NCBI GenBank assembly: GCA_044225365.1
Contig: JBGAIQ010000025.1
Span: 16,937-80,936, forward strand
From: Planctomycetota bacterium
GTDB taxonomy: Bacteria; Planctomycetota; B15-G4; JADJEK01
Reading direction: 5' to 3'
DNA: 64,000 bases
The notes below the pieces were generated by a model that was given only the letters and a program-made list of their open reading frames with translations, was not told where the DNA came from and did no database searches. Position 1 is the first letter of the stretch. Every line of letters starts with the position of its first letter. Position numbers and translations under genes: made by a program. Below are positions 48,221 to 58,070 of the stretch, piece after piece.

Positions 48221-49774
48221 TCAGCGCAAGATGCGGATCGGGTGCGGAGTCGTCCTGGCCGTAGGCACCGCCGATCGCCTCGCCGGCGGCGTGAGGAGCA
48301 TCGCGGGCGCACCGGTTTGCTTGTAGAGGTACACGCGGTCGGTGATCTCGTCGACCACGCAGATGTCGCAGTCGCCGTCCAGGTCGTAATCGACGAGGAC
48401 GTCGCACGAGCCCGACTGCTCGGCGTCGAGCGTTCCGCCGGAGACGAAGTGCCCCTTGCCCTCGTTCCAGTAGAGATTGGCGTTGGCACTTCCGAAGTTC
48501 GCGACGGTGAAGTCGAGGTCACCGTCGCCGTCGAGGTCGGCGAGATCCGCGGACACCGCCTTGTTGCCGATGTCGAAGAAGAGCGCCTTCTTGAGCCCGC
48601 CCTTGCCATTGCCGCGCACGAGCGCGGCCTTGCCGCTGCTGTTGCGAGGACACAGCGCATCGCAATTCCCATCGTCGTCGAGATCGCCGACCGCGATCGC
48701 CCATCCGGTCCCGCCGATGTCGCGATTCACCGCCGGCGCGAACGAGTTCGGCCCGTCGGCGAGGAGCAGGCCGACGTCCTGGGATCCAAAGTTCGCGACG
48801 AAACAGTCGGCGCGTCCGTCGTTGTCCGCGTCGCCGATCGCACATTGCCACTCGCCCTCGCCACCATCGAACGAATCGACGTGCGAGAGCACTCCGGTGC
48901 CGTCGTTGACGAACAGGCGAATCTCCGTGAGGTTCGTCGCCACGACATCGAGGTCGCCATCGACGTCGGAGTCCACGAGCGCGATGCCGTGGCACTCGCC
49001 GCCGACCGGGTAGACCACCGGCGCGCCGAAGCTCCCCGCACCGTCGTTCTCGAAGTACGCGATGGAGTTGCCGGCCTGATTGCCGGTCACGAGATCGGGG
49101 TGACCGTCGCCGTCGAGATCGCCGGCGTCGTTGGGGCTCGGTTCCTCGGCGCCCGGCAGACCGACGATGGTGTTCGAGTCGAACTGGCCGGTGCCGTCGT
49201 TGTGCCTCACCCGCACGTCGTGGGACACTTCGTTCGTCCCGCACATGTCGGGGTCCCCATCGCTGTCGATGTCGATCGCATTGAAGCCATAGAGGCGCGT
49301 CGCGCCCTCGTTCGGCTCACGGAAATCGATCACCTGATCGAGCAAGAAGTCCTTGCTGCCCTCCCCACCGCGCACGGCGAACGTCGAGAAGAATCCGCGC
49401 GTGAGCGCGTGGTTGCTCAGCGACTTCACGTCGTGATCGATCGAGACGCTCACGAACTCGGAGGGGAAATACGGTCGCGAAGGCTCGAACGTCACGGTCG
49501 TCCCCGCAGCATTCAATGCGAGCGTTCCGGCGACACGGCCGCTGATGCGCCCGAATACGACGAAGTGCGTCGCGGTCACGGTCGCGGGATCCAGCTTCTC
49601 GCTGAACTTGATCTTGACCTTCGCCGTCTCCGCGACGCCGTTCTTCTGATTCTTCGGCGTGATCGACTTCACTTTGAGTCCGGCAAGACTCGCTGGCGCC
49701 GCGATGCAGAGACCGCCAAGAGATAGGAGAAGCGTTGCGATGCAACGGCTTCGTCGCGAGAGAGGATCGGACAC
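48221..49774 (-). CDS. Secreted Ig-like (Big_5) + FG-GAP/VCBS repeat protein
   Basis: Signal peptide; 'KFSEKLDPATV' Ig domain; six or seven D.DGDG..D repeats. Start uncertain. Confidence 0.85.
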   Translation of the reverse strand: MSDPLSRRSRCIATLLLSLGGLCIAAPASLAGLKVKSITPKNQKNGVAETAKVKIKFSEKLDPATVTATHFVVFGRISGRVAGTLALNAAGTTVTFEPSRPYFPSEFVSVSIDHDVKSLSNHALTRGFFSTFAVRGGEGSKDFLLDQVIDFREPNEGATRLYGFNAIDIDSDGDPDMCGTNEVSHDVRVRHNDGTGQFDSNTIVGLPGAEEPSPNDAGDLDGDGHPDLVTGNQAGNSIAYFENDGAGSFGAPVVYPVGGECHGIALVDSDVDGDLDVVATNLTEIRLFVNDGTGVLSHVDSFDGGEGEWQCAIGDADNDGRADCFVANFGSQDVGLLLADGPNSFAPAVNRDIGGTGWAIAVGDLDDDGNCDALCPRNSSGKAALVRGNGKGGLKKALFFDIGNKAVSADLADLDGDGDLDFTVANFGSANANLYWNEGKGHFVSGGTLDAEQSGSCDVLVDYDLDGDCDICVVDEITDRVYLYKQTGAPAMLLTPPARRSAVPTARTTPHPIRILR

Positions 49775-50001
49775 GAGGTCACCTTTTCCGAGTCGGAGGA
49801 TCGAGGATGCCGCGCGCGGAGAGAACGCAGCGGCGCCCCGGATTCTATCAGCCCGTCGGACTCCGGCCATTTCCGGGGGCGGATGGCCGAGTGATCACGG
49901 CGCCCCTCGTCGCTGCTGGACCGATCTCGAGGCTCCGAGTAGCATCGCCGGTCCGTCGGGCGTCGGACCGCGTCCACTCATCAGGAAATAGGAGAAGCAC
50001 C

Positions 50002-50850
50002 ATGACGATCACCTTTCGAAACGCGCTCGTCGCGTTCTCGTTCGCCGCCCTGTCGATTTCCCAAGACCCTGCATCCGCCGGTGTGAACTTTGTCGCTCCC
50101 GGAGTCGCGGGCAGCGTCACGAATCTCACGGTGGGAGCTTCGGTCTACGACGTCACCTTCGTCGGGAACATCTCGCACGCGTCCTGGGTCAACCAGCTCG
50201 ATTTCAGCACCGAGGCCGACGCACAGAACGCGATCGTGGCGGTGGCCGCAGCGCTCAACGCCGCGGGTGCGGTCACGGCGCGATACACGTTGACGAGCGG
50301 CACGTTCGACTCCACGACGGGTCAGCTTTGGTACACCTCGACCGCAACGAACATCATCGGAGAAACGCTGATCAAGGCCGGCTCCAATTGGCAACTCGCG
50401 AATCCCTTGGCCGGTGGATCGACCGCGCCGATCAACTCGTCCTTTCCCCTCGCACTCGATTTCAAACTGGTGAGCACGGCGTCCTGGACGCAACTCGGGA
50501 GCGGCCTCGCTGGCGTGGCCGGCGTTCCTCAGCTCACGGGAACCGGAACACTGACGTCGGGATCCGCGAACACCCTGTCCCTCACCTCTGCTCGTCCGTC
50601 GTCGCCGGCGATGCTCTTCGTCTCGCTGTCGAGCGTGCCGACCCCGTTCTACGGCGGAACGCTCGTGACGTTTCCCCCGGCGCTGTCCATGCCCCTCACG
50701 ACCAACGCTTCCGGGGCGCTGCTGATCCCATTCACGTGGCCGACCGGTGTGCCAAGCGGAACGACGTTCTTCTGCCAGTTCGCGATCCAGGACGCCGCGG
50801 CGGTGAAGGGCGTCGCGCTGAGCAACGGACTGAAGGGCCTCGCGCCTTGA
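50002..50850 (+). CDS. Secreted hypothetical protein with a conserved-looking C-terminal beta domain
   Basis: AGGAGA RBS; signal peptide; C-terminal 'WP.GVP.G..F..Q.AI.D..A..G..LSN'. Confidence 0.75.
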   Translation: MTITFRNALVAFSFAALSISQDPASAGVNFVAPGVAGSVTNLTVGASVYDVTFVGNISHASWVNQLDFSTEADAQNAIVAVAAALNAAGAVTARYTLTSGTFDSTTGQLWYTSTATNIIGETLIKAGSNWQLANPLAGGSTAPINSSFPLALDFKLVSTASWTQLGSGLAGVAGVPQLTGTGTLTSGSANTLSLTSARPSSPAMLFVSLSSVPTPFYGGTLVTFPPALSMPLTTNASGALLIPFTWPTGVPSGTTFFCQFAIQDAAAVKGVALSNGLKGLAP

Positions 50851-50877
50851 TGCCCTCCGCCGACCGCCTGTCGCGGA

Positions 50878-51924
50878 TCACGTGACCGGCGGTGCGCGGT
50901 CCTTCACGTGCCGCACGAGCGCGTGGACGTGAGCGACGTCGGTCCGGCGATCGATTCCGTGCCCGAGATTGAAGATGAACCCTGGCAGGTCCCCGACTCG
51001 CTCGAGGATGCGATCGACCTTCGGCAAGAAGAACTCCTTGGGCCCGAGCAACGCGTGCGGATCGAGGTTGCCCTGGATCGCGCGATCGAATCCGATGCGC
51101 CGCCACGCGTCCTCGATCTCGACGCGCCAGTCGACGCTGACGCAATCCGCGCCGCTCTGCGCCATGAGCTCGAGCAGGCCGCCGCAGCCGTTGCCGTAGA
51201 CGATCGACGGGATCGCATGCTCCTTCAGCGCCGCGCAGATCTTGTGCGTCGCGGGCAGGGCGAAGCGGGCGTAGTCGTCGGGGCCGAGATATCCCGCCCA
51301 TGAATCGAAGAGCTGCAGCGCCTCCGCACCCGCGGAATGTTGTGCGAGCAAGCAGACGATCGTGCCGGCCGCGATGCGATCGAGCAGCTCGAGGAATGCC
51401 TCCGGCTCCGTCGCCATGAACATCTTCGTATGAACCAGATCCCGGCTCGATCCGCCTTCGATCAAGTACGACGCGAGGGTGAACGGCGCCCCGGCGAACC
51501 CGAGCAGCGCCTTGTCGCGGGGAAGAGCGGCGCGGATCTGCGACAGCGCCTTCGCGACGAACGGCAGGTCGCGCGCGGGATCGGGCAGGCGGATCCGCTC
51601 GATGTCGCGCGCTTCGCGAATCGGGTTCTTGATCGAAGGACCGTGCTCGTCGAACACGACCTCCGCCCCCATCGCCTCGGCCGGGATCAGGATGTCGGAG
51701 AACAGGATGGCGGCGTCGACGTCGAGGATCTCCGCGGCGTCCAGAGTCACCTTCGTGGCGAGTTCGACGCTGTGGCACAGCTCGAGGAAACTGACGTTCG
51801 CGCGAACCTCGCGGTACTCGCGCATGTAGCGACCCGCCTGGCGCATGAGCCAGATCGGCGGCCGTTCGACGACTTCGCGGCGCAACGCGCGGAGCAGGAG
51901 GGGCGTGTCGGATGGAGACGTCAT
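50878..51924 (-). CDS. hemE: Uroporphyrinogen decarboxylase
   Basis: PIWLMRQAGRY, DAAILFSDIL, GFAGAPFTLASY, QLFDSW, QGNLDP and FNLGHG motifs. Confidence 0.97.
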   Translation of the reverse strand: MTSPSDTPLLLRALRREVVERPPIWLMRQAGRYMREYREVRANVSFLELCHSVELATKVTLDAAEILDVDAAILFSDILIPAEAMGAEVVFDEHGPSIKNPIREARDIERIRLPDPARDLPFVAKALSQIRAALPRDKALLGFAGAPFTLASYLIEGGSSRDLVHTKMFMATEPEAFLELLDRIAAGTIVCLLAQHSAGAEALQLFDSWAGYLGPDDYARFALPATHKICAALKEHAIPSIVYGNGCGGLLELMAQSGADCVSVDWRVEIEDAWRRIGFDRAIQGNLDPHALLGPKEFFLPKVDRILERVGDLPGFIFNLGHGIDRRTDVAHVHALVRHVKDRAPPVT

Positions 51925-52067
51925 TCCATGAGCGTAGCAGGGGATCTCGTACCGGCGGTCGCTTGGAATCCGCACGATCGCGCACCTCGTTTGGCGTCTT
52001 GTCCATGATTCGCGATCATGCGATACTCGCTCCACACTCGAAGGAGGACGACTCGGTGAGATCACGC

Positions 52068-53351
52068 ATGAGGGACTTCGTGTTCGCATCCGCTACGCAT
52101 CGCATCCTGGCTCGCTCCGGTCTGCTGCTGCTCGCGCTGATGAGCAGAGAGTCCTTGGCCGGGAACATCATCACCGTCGGACCGGGCGGTGATGCCGCGA
52201 CGATCGCCGGCGCCGTCAGCTTCGCTCAGGATGGCGATACGCTCCTCGTACAATCGACGCCATCCCAGGCCGTCCTGATCGACGGCAAGGGTCTGCGGAT
52301 CGTGGCGGCGGGTTCGACCAAGCCAAAACTCGCCGCGATCGTCGTGCGAAACCTGCCTGCGAGCTCCTCCGTCGTCGTGAGAGGATTCACGATCGAGGCC
52401 CCGGTTCCGAACCAGCCGCCGAGCGTGACGATTCGAGTCGAGGACTGCGACGGCCCGGTTCGATTCGAGGACTGCGTCGCGAAGCCCGGTATCAATGCAC
52501 AGCAAGACACGGCGGCCGCGGCGATCGTCGACGCGTGTCTCGACGTGGCCTTCTCGCGTTGTGACCTGACGGGCGGCTTCGGATTCGGCGGCCACAACGA
52601 CTTCCCGAATCCGTCCGCGCCCGATCCGGGCGCGGCGGCGCTAAGAATCTCGGGCTCCCGAGTCGCCGTGCTTGGGTCGACGCTGACGGGCGGAGCGGGC
52701 GGCGCGCCGGACATCATCGACGGCGAATACGCATTCGACGGCAAGGATGGCGGACCGGCGATCCGATTGCTCGATGGCGAACTGTTCTGCGCGGACTCGA
52801 TCCTGAACGGAGGAACACGTGGTTCGCCCTCGTGCAACGTCGACATCCTGTTCGGGATCTTCGATTGTGGAGATCCGGGACACTCGGGCGACTGCATCGC
52901 CAATCCCGGCGGCGCCGCCGTCGTACTCGACAACACGTACCATCCCGGCGGAACCGATGGTCGGATCTCGGAGAACGCGATCGCGATGTTGCCGGGACAC
53001 GCTCGCCGTCTCGTCAGCGACGCGGTCGCACATTCGGGATCGAGCGCAACGCTCGTCTTCGATGGCGAGCCCGGAGATCAGGCCGTCGCATTCGCCTCGC
53101 TCGCGCCAAGTCAGCAGAAAGTGCCAGGCCTCATCGGTGAGATCCTCGTGGCGTTCCCGATCGTGATCGGGCCAATCGGGTTGCCGATCCCCGACCTCAC
53201 GGGGAGCCCGGTGTCGATCTCGCTCCCCGTGCCGTCCCTGCCCCCCGCTGTCGATGGGATGTGGTTGCACTTCCAGGCCGCCGCACTCGATGCCGGCACC
53301 GGACGCATCGTCCTCGGCTCGGCGAGCAGCGAACTCTGGATGCATCCCTGA
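52068..53351 (+). CDS. Secreted hypothetical protein (beta-helix-like, Gly-rich) with C-terminal beta domain
   Basis: Signal peptide; 'ITVGPGGD..TI..AV..A..GD' pectin-lyase-type start; GG.G repeats. Confidence 0.7.
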   Translation: MRDFVFASATHRILARSGLLLLALMSRESLAGNIITVGPGGDAATIAGAVSFAQDGDTLLVQSTPSQAVLIDGKGLRIVAAGSTKPKLAAIVVRNLPASSSVVVRGFTIEAPVPNQPPSVTIRVEDCDGPVRFEDCVAKPGINAQQDTAAAAIVDACLDVAFSRCDLTGGFGFGGHNDFPNPSAPDPGAAALRISGSRVAVLGSTLTGGAGGAPDIIDGEYAFDGKDGGPAIRLLDGELFCADSILNGGTRGSPSCNVDILFGIFDCGDPGHSGDCIANPGGAAVVLDNTYHPGGTDGRISENAIAMLPGHARRLVSDAVAHSGSSATLVFDGEPGDQAVAFASLAPSQQKVPGLIGEILVAFPIVIGPIGLPIPDLTGSPVSISLPVPSLPPAVDGMWLHFQAAALDAGTGRIVLGSASSELWMHP

Positions 53352-53405
53352 GCGAGCGGCGCGGGATCTTCCTTCCGGCGTGACGAGTCGTCGCGAACGC
53401 GGGGG

Positions 53406-54776
53406 TCAACGCTCCGCGGTCGTGTTCAGTTGCTCGAACTCGAAACGGCTCGCCTCGGTCTTCTGCTTGCTCTCGGACGAGTCGTCGAGGAAGAGGCCGA
53501 TCGCGCCCGTGGGATCGATGTCCTTCAACTTCCAGTGCGCCCACGGAAACGTGCCGACCTGTGCCCACAACGTCTTGCCGCGCAGTTCGAACGCGACAGG
53601 CCACGAGCCATCCCCCGATCCCGCGGTCGCCTTCTCGGGAGCGTCCCACGAGTAGAGATACTTCGCTTCGCCTTTCACGTAATGGCGAACGCTCACGACC
53701 GGGTGATCGTCGAGCAGCGTGACCACGGCCGCGCAGAAGTCGTCGTCGCTCTTGTAGCCGAACACGAACCCCGGGTGGCAATGCTCGAAGTCCGACTTCA
53801 GGTCCATTGCGAACCGGTAGTCGCCCTCGATCGGCTTCGCCGTCACGATGAGGCCGGCCTTCTTGCTCGCGGTCGGGAATTTGATCGAGTCCGAGCCCAC
53901 GGTGAACGACTTCGCGACGAGTCCCATCTTCGTCTTCTTGAACACCTCGTTGACGGCGGCCTTCGAGGCGTCGGTGCGCGCCTTCGAAAGCGCTTTCCAC
54001 GCCGACTCGTTCACTTCGGCGAACTGCTTGGGGTAGAGCGCGAACAAGACCGAGGCGACGTTCGCGATGTCGAGCGCGACCCACGGCGTCCCGCCCTCCA
54101 CCGCCTTCTTGGCGACTGGAACCATCGCGAGTGCGGACGCTCGTCGCAGATCCTCGATCTCCTTCTGCGTCGTGCTGCTCGATTCGAGGCTCATGATCGC
54201 GGCCCCACCCGCGCCGCGGGACATGGAGTCTCCCAGATGGAGCGCCACGGCCAATCCACTGTCTTCTTCGGGTGCGTTGGTGATCGCGTTGATCTTGTCG
54301 AGCAGTTCGAGGCACTTCTTCGGATCGATGCCCCAAACGGGCTCGATGACGAAGAGCGCGCACTCCTTGTACTTCTTCCCGATGAGGGATTCGGCCTGCG
54401 CGAACAGCGGACGCGCCAGCTCGGCGAGCGCCGCCGTGGCCGGGCCGAGATCCACTGCGGCGGGACCGATCTCGTCCACGACGGCTTGATATTCCTTCGC
54501 GCGCTTCGCTGCGCCCGTCGTCAGGTCGTCGAACGCCTTCAGGACCGCTTCTTCCGGTTTCGTCTCCGCCCGCTGGATGATTCGCGAGCGGGCGAGGAGC
54601 GCGTATCGCGCCGCTCGCTTCGGGTCCTTGGCCGACGCCTTCGTCGCCTCGAGCAGGCTGTCGAATCCCACCGCGGGCGAAGGCATCCGCTGCGCGATGG
54701 CCGTCGTCGACCCCGCGATCGAGAACGCCGCGAGGACCATCCACCACATCGATTTCGTCGCTATGGACCGAGTCAT
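53406..54776 (-). CDS. Secreted hypothetical protein with C-terminal ConA/DUF1080-like domain
   Basis: GGAGG RBS; signal peptide; helical N-half; 'GDYRF...GFVFGYKSDDDF...GAIGL'. Confidence 0.6.
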   Translation of the reverse strand: MTRSIATKSMWWMVLAAFSIAGSTTAIAQRMPSPAVGFDSLLEATKASAKDPKRAARYALLARSRIIQRAETKPEEAVLKAFDDLTTGAAKRAKEYQAVVDEIGPAAVDLGPATAALAELARPLFAQAESLIGKKYKECALFVIEPVWGIDPKKCLELLDKINAITNAPEEDSGLAVALHLGDSMSRGAGGAAIMSLESSSTTQKEIEDLRRASALAMVPVAKKAVEGGTPWVALDIANVASVLFALYPKQFAEVNESAWKALSKARTDASKAAVNEVFKKTKMGLVAKSFTVGSDSIKFPTASKKAGLIVTAKPIEGDYRFAMDLKSDFEHCHPGFVFGYKSDDDFCAAVVTLLDDHPVVSVRHYVKGEAKYLYSWDAPEKATAGSGDGSWPVAFELRGKTLWAQVGTFPWAHWKLKDIDPTGAIGLFLDDSSESKQKTEASRFEFEQLNTTAER

Positions 54777-54859
54777 TTCAGCTCCCTCCAGCTGGATCGC
54801 TACCCGACGCGGGATTGTACGAAAAGCCCGGCAGAATCGATGTAACGACACGCTCGGGC

Positions 54860-55180
54860 TCACGCCTTCTGATGCGCGATCGTCCTCGCGAGAGAGGCCC
54901 GAAACCGAACCCCCCGCCGCAAGAGGAACCAGGAGAGTCCTGCCGCGAAGAGGGCCTTGATCAGGTCGAAACTGCAATCGATGAGCGGGTATGCCCATTC
55001 CGCCGATGGAGATTTCGGTGTCGGCGCTCCGCCGTTCTTGGAGATCACGACGGATTCGATCACCTCGATGAGAACCCACTCGAGTAACTGGATCGTCCAT
55101 GCGAAGGCGAGGACTGCCGCGATCGTGGCGATCAGGTTTGCCGTGCGGACCGCATGCACTGGCTCGGCTCGCGAGCTCAT
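54860..55180 (-). CDS. Small two-TM membrane protein
   Basis: ATG 55180 overlaps the upstream TGA (ATGA); two hydrophobic helices. Confidence 0.55.
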   Translation of the reverse strand: MSSRAEPVHAVRTANLIATIAAVLAFAWTIQLLEWVLIEVIESVVISKNGGAPTPKSPSAEWAYPLIDCSFDLIKALFAAGLSWFLLRRGVRFRASLARTIAHQKA

Positions 55181-55557
55181 GGGCCGCCTCCGATCCCGCG
55201 CACCAGCGATGTTCGAAGGACCGCTCGCAATCGTCGACCGTCGCGCATGATTCGCATGCCGACCCTTAGGAACACGATCGCGATCGTCAGCGACATGACG
55301 GCGCGCACGCAGTCGAGTTGCTCCTGGACGAAGTACTTCCGAAGGGTCCCGCGCGGATCGTCGCCGAGCAGCGAGCCATCCTGCCACGGGAGGATGTGCA
55401 ACGCGCGCCAGGCCGCGACGATCCGCACGATGGGGACGATCGTCTCGATTGCTCGCTCGATGCTGAACACGATCAACGCGAGCCCGCAACAGGCGGTCAT
55501 CACGGATACGGCGGTCTCCGAATCGAAGCCGCGCGCCTCTCCCTCGTCCGATTCCAT
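55177..55557 (-). CDS. Small two-TM membrane protein
   Basis: AGGAGGAGG RBS; two hydrophobic helices. Confidence 0.6.
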   Translation of the reverse strand: MESDEGEARGFDSETAVSVMTACCGLALIVFSIERAIETIVPIVRIVAAWRALHILPWQDGSLLGDDPRGTLRKYFVQEQLDCVRAVMSLTIAIVFLRVGMRIMRDGRRLRAVLRTSLVRGIGGGP

Positions 55558-55600
55558 CGATCCTCCTCCTCTCGAGACGTTCCTTCCGCGCCGGCTGCGA

Positions 55601-57253
55601 TCACGACTTCGCGGGTACCTGCACCCGAGACAAACTGCGATACGCCACGATCGCGAGGACCGTCCATCCGACGAACAACCCGAGCACGAGCATCGTACTC
55701 TCCGCGAACGCCCGATGAACCCCCGCGGCGGTCAGCATCAGCGCCAGGATCAGCAATTGCCAACCGAAGGATCCGCGTACGGCCTTCGGATCGAGTGCGA
55801 CGGAGAACGGGGCGAGCCGGGGCGCGGCACCGCGTCCGATCGCACTTCCGATCGCGACGGCCGCGGCCGCCCCCGTGGCGCCATCGAGGAGTCCCGACCA
55901 TCCACTCGTGAAGAAACCGAGCAGCGCGACGAGGATCCCGGGCAGCAAGACGAATCGCACGAGCGAAGCGCGCAACGCCCCGCCCAGCAAACGGGATTCG
56001 ACCCGGGTCGGAGCGGTGTCGAAGATCCATGCCGCGAGCGGCGAATCGCTGAATCGCAGTTGGTACACGAGCGGCACCATCGTCGCTGCGCATCCGTAGG
56101 CGAGCAATGTCCAGTGCTCACTGAACGACCCATCGCTTCCGCGAATGAACGGCATCATGTAGATGAGCGGGAAGACGAGCGTGGGTGCGATCCTCATCAA
56201 CGATCCCGACTCCCGCAGTTGGAGTCCGACGCACAAGTCGAATCCGGCCTTCTCGACACTTTCTTGCGGAACGAACGCGCGAATGGGGCCGCGGGTCGAT
56301 CGAATCCGCTGTTCGAGTCCCTCTTCCGTGACGGACGAGATCATGCTCGTGAGAAAGCGTTCTTTCGCGAGGCGGAGCGCCAACGCCATCGCGAGGATCG
56401 GGGCGGCGACGGCAATCGTGGCACCGATCCATGCGTTCGCCGGCGCCGACTCCGGCTTCGACTGCATCACCGTCGCGAGGTCCGTGTACCACGTCGGTGG
56501 GAAGAAGAACCTCCACGCGCCGAGATCGTAGGTCGGCAGGTGTCGCAGGATCGTTCGGCTACCGAATTGGAAGATCTGCGGGCCCACCATCATCAGGATC
56601 GTGATCGCGATCTGCAGTCTCACGACGATCACCTTGAATCGTTCCGGTCGCACGAAGCGAAGTGCAAGAGCGAAGACCAGCATCGAAGCGTCGATCGCGA
56701 ACCACGAAGCGAGGATCGTCGTGATGACCCCGCTCGGAATCGCGACGGGCCCGAATCGCAGCGTCGCCGCGAGGATCTGGGGAATTGCGATTCCGGCATC
56801 GATCAACAGGAGATAGATCGCGGGTGGAAGGAGACGCGCGGCGAGGGCCGTCCTCCCATCGATCGGCGCGGTCGCGAGCAAAGTCTCGAGTGGGCGATCG
56901 AACAACAGGTCGGCGAAGATCGTGAGAGTGAGAAACGAACCGTAGAACAGGATCGATGCCGCGATCACGCCAGCGATCGCGCTCGCATCACCCGCGCCGA
57001 AGCCGAGGAATGCGAACATCGCTCCCATGACGAGACTCATGATCAACGTCGTCCCGACGCCGCCGAACCCGCCCGTGGCCTTCGCGTTCTCGGCCTTCGA
57101 ACGCAGATCGATCGTGAATCGCAGATCGAGGAGCGTGTGGAGCGTGGCGAACTCGACGCCGAGCGCCGAGAGCGGAATCCTCAGGAAACGGACCGCGCTC
57201 AGCAGGAAGGAATGGCGCCCTGCGATGCGCGGCTTCCGGAACGGACTAGCCAT
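55601..57253 (-). CDS. ABC-2-type multi-pass permease
   Basis: About 12 TM helices; 'LATAPIDGRT..AAR'; follows the ABC ATPase. Confidence 0.75.
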   Translation of the reverse strand: MASPFRKPRIAGRHSFLLSAVRFLRIPLSALGVEFATLHTLLDLRFTIDLRSKAENAKATGGFGGVGTTLIMSLVMGAMFAFLGFGAGDASAIAGVIAASILFYGSFLTLTIFADLLFDRPLETLLATAPIDGRTALAARLLPPAIYLLLIDAGIAIPQILAATLRFGPVAIPSGVITTILASWFAIDASMLVFALALRFVRPERFKVIVVRLQIAITILMMVGPQIFQFGSRTILRHLPTYDLGAWRFFFPPTWYTDLATVMQSKPESAPANAWIGATIAVAAPILAMALALRLAKERFLTSMISSVTEEGLEQRIRSTRGPIRAFVPQESVEKAGFDLCVGLQLRESGSLMRIAPTLVFPLIYMMPFIRGSDGSFSEHWTLLAYGCAATMVPLVYQLRFSDSPLAAWIFDTAPTRVESRLLGGALRASLVRFVLLPGILVALLGFFTSGWSGLLDGATGAAAAVAIGSAIGRGAAPRLAPFSVALDPKAVRGSFGWQLLILALMLTAAGVHRAFAESTMLVLGLFVGWTVLAIVAYRSLSRVQVPAKS

Positions 57254-58058
57254 TCGAGTTCCCGTTCGTGGCGACCCCTCCCGGCGCAATCGAGTCCAGG
57301 ACGCGAGCGGCTTGCGCGGCCTCGTCGCCGCCGCCCGTCACCTTGCGGAACACGTCTTCGAGGGACGTGCCCTCGAGCGAGCGGGACAACTCGTCGAACG
57401 AACCCATCGCGGCGATCTTGCCGCGATTGAGGATCGCGATGCAGTCGCAAACGCGCTCGACGACGTCCATCACGTGTGAGCAGTAGAAGATCGTGCGCCC
57501 GCGCTTCGCGAAGCCGTGGATCAACTCCTTGACCACGATCATCGAATGCACGTCGAGCCCCGAGAGCGGTTCGTCGAGCACGAGGATCTGCGGATCATGC
57601 AGAAGGGCCGACACGAGGAGGACCTTCTGGCGCATGCCCTTCGACAGCGAAGAAATTCGCGAGCTCGCCTTTGAGCCGAGGTCGAGCGCCTCGAGCATGC
57701 CCAGGGCGCGCCGATGCGTCGTCGCGTCGTCGAGCTCATGCAGGCGTCCCACGAACATCAGATGCTCGAGCGGAGTGAGCGCCTCGTACAGTGCTGCGTT
57801 CTCCGGGACGTAGCCGACGAGTCGCTTCACACCCAACGGGTCTTTCGCGACGTCGATCCCGCCGACGCGCACCTCGCCGGTGAACTCAGGGAGCATTCCG
57901 ACGAGGATCTTCACCGTAGTGCTCTTGCCCGCGCCGTTGGGACCGACGTAGCCGAACACCGTTCCGAACGGAACGATGAAGTCGATTCCGCCGAGGATCT
58001 CGGCCTCGCCGTAGCGCTTCACGAGCCCCTTCACCGAGATCGCGGAATCGCTGCCCAT
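57246..58058 (-). CDS. ABC transporter ATP-binding protein
   Basis: GPNGAGKST, LSKGMRQK, LDEPLSGLD and SH switch. Confidence 0.95.
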   Translation of the reverse strand: MGSDSAISVKGLVKRYGEAEILGGIDFIVPFGTVFGYVGPNGAGKSTTVKILVGMLPEFTGEVRVGGIDVAKDPLGVKRLVGYVPENAALYEALTPLEHLMFVGRLHELDDATTHRRALGMLEALDLGSKASSRISSLSKGMRQKVLLVSALLHDPQILVLDEPLSGLDVHSMIVVKELIHGFAKRGRTIFYCSHVMDVVERVCDCIAILNRGKIAAMGSFDELSRSLEGTSLEDVFRKVTGGGDEAAQAARVLDSIAPGGVATNGNSNG

Positions 58059-58070
58059 GACGCTCGCCCT

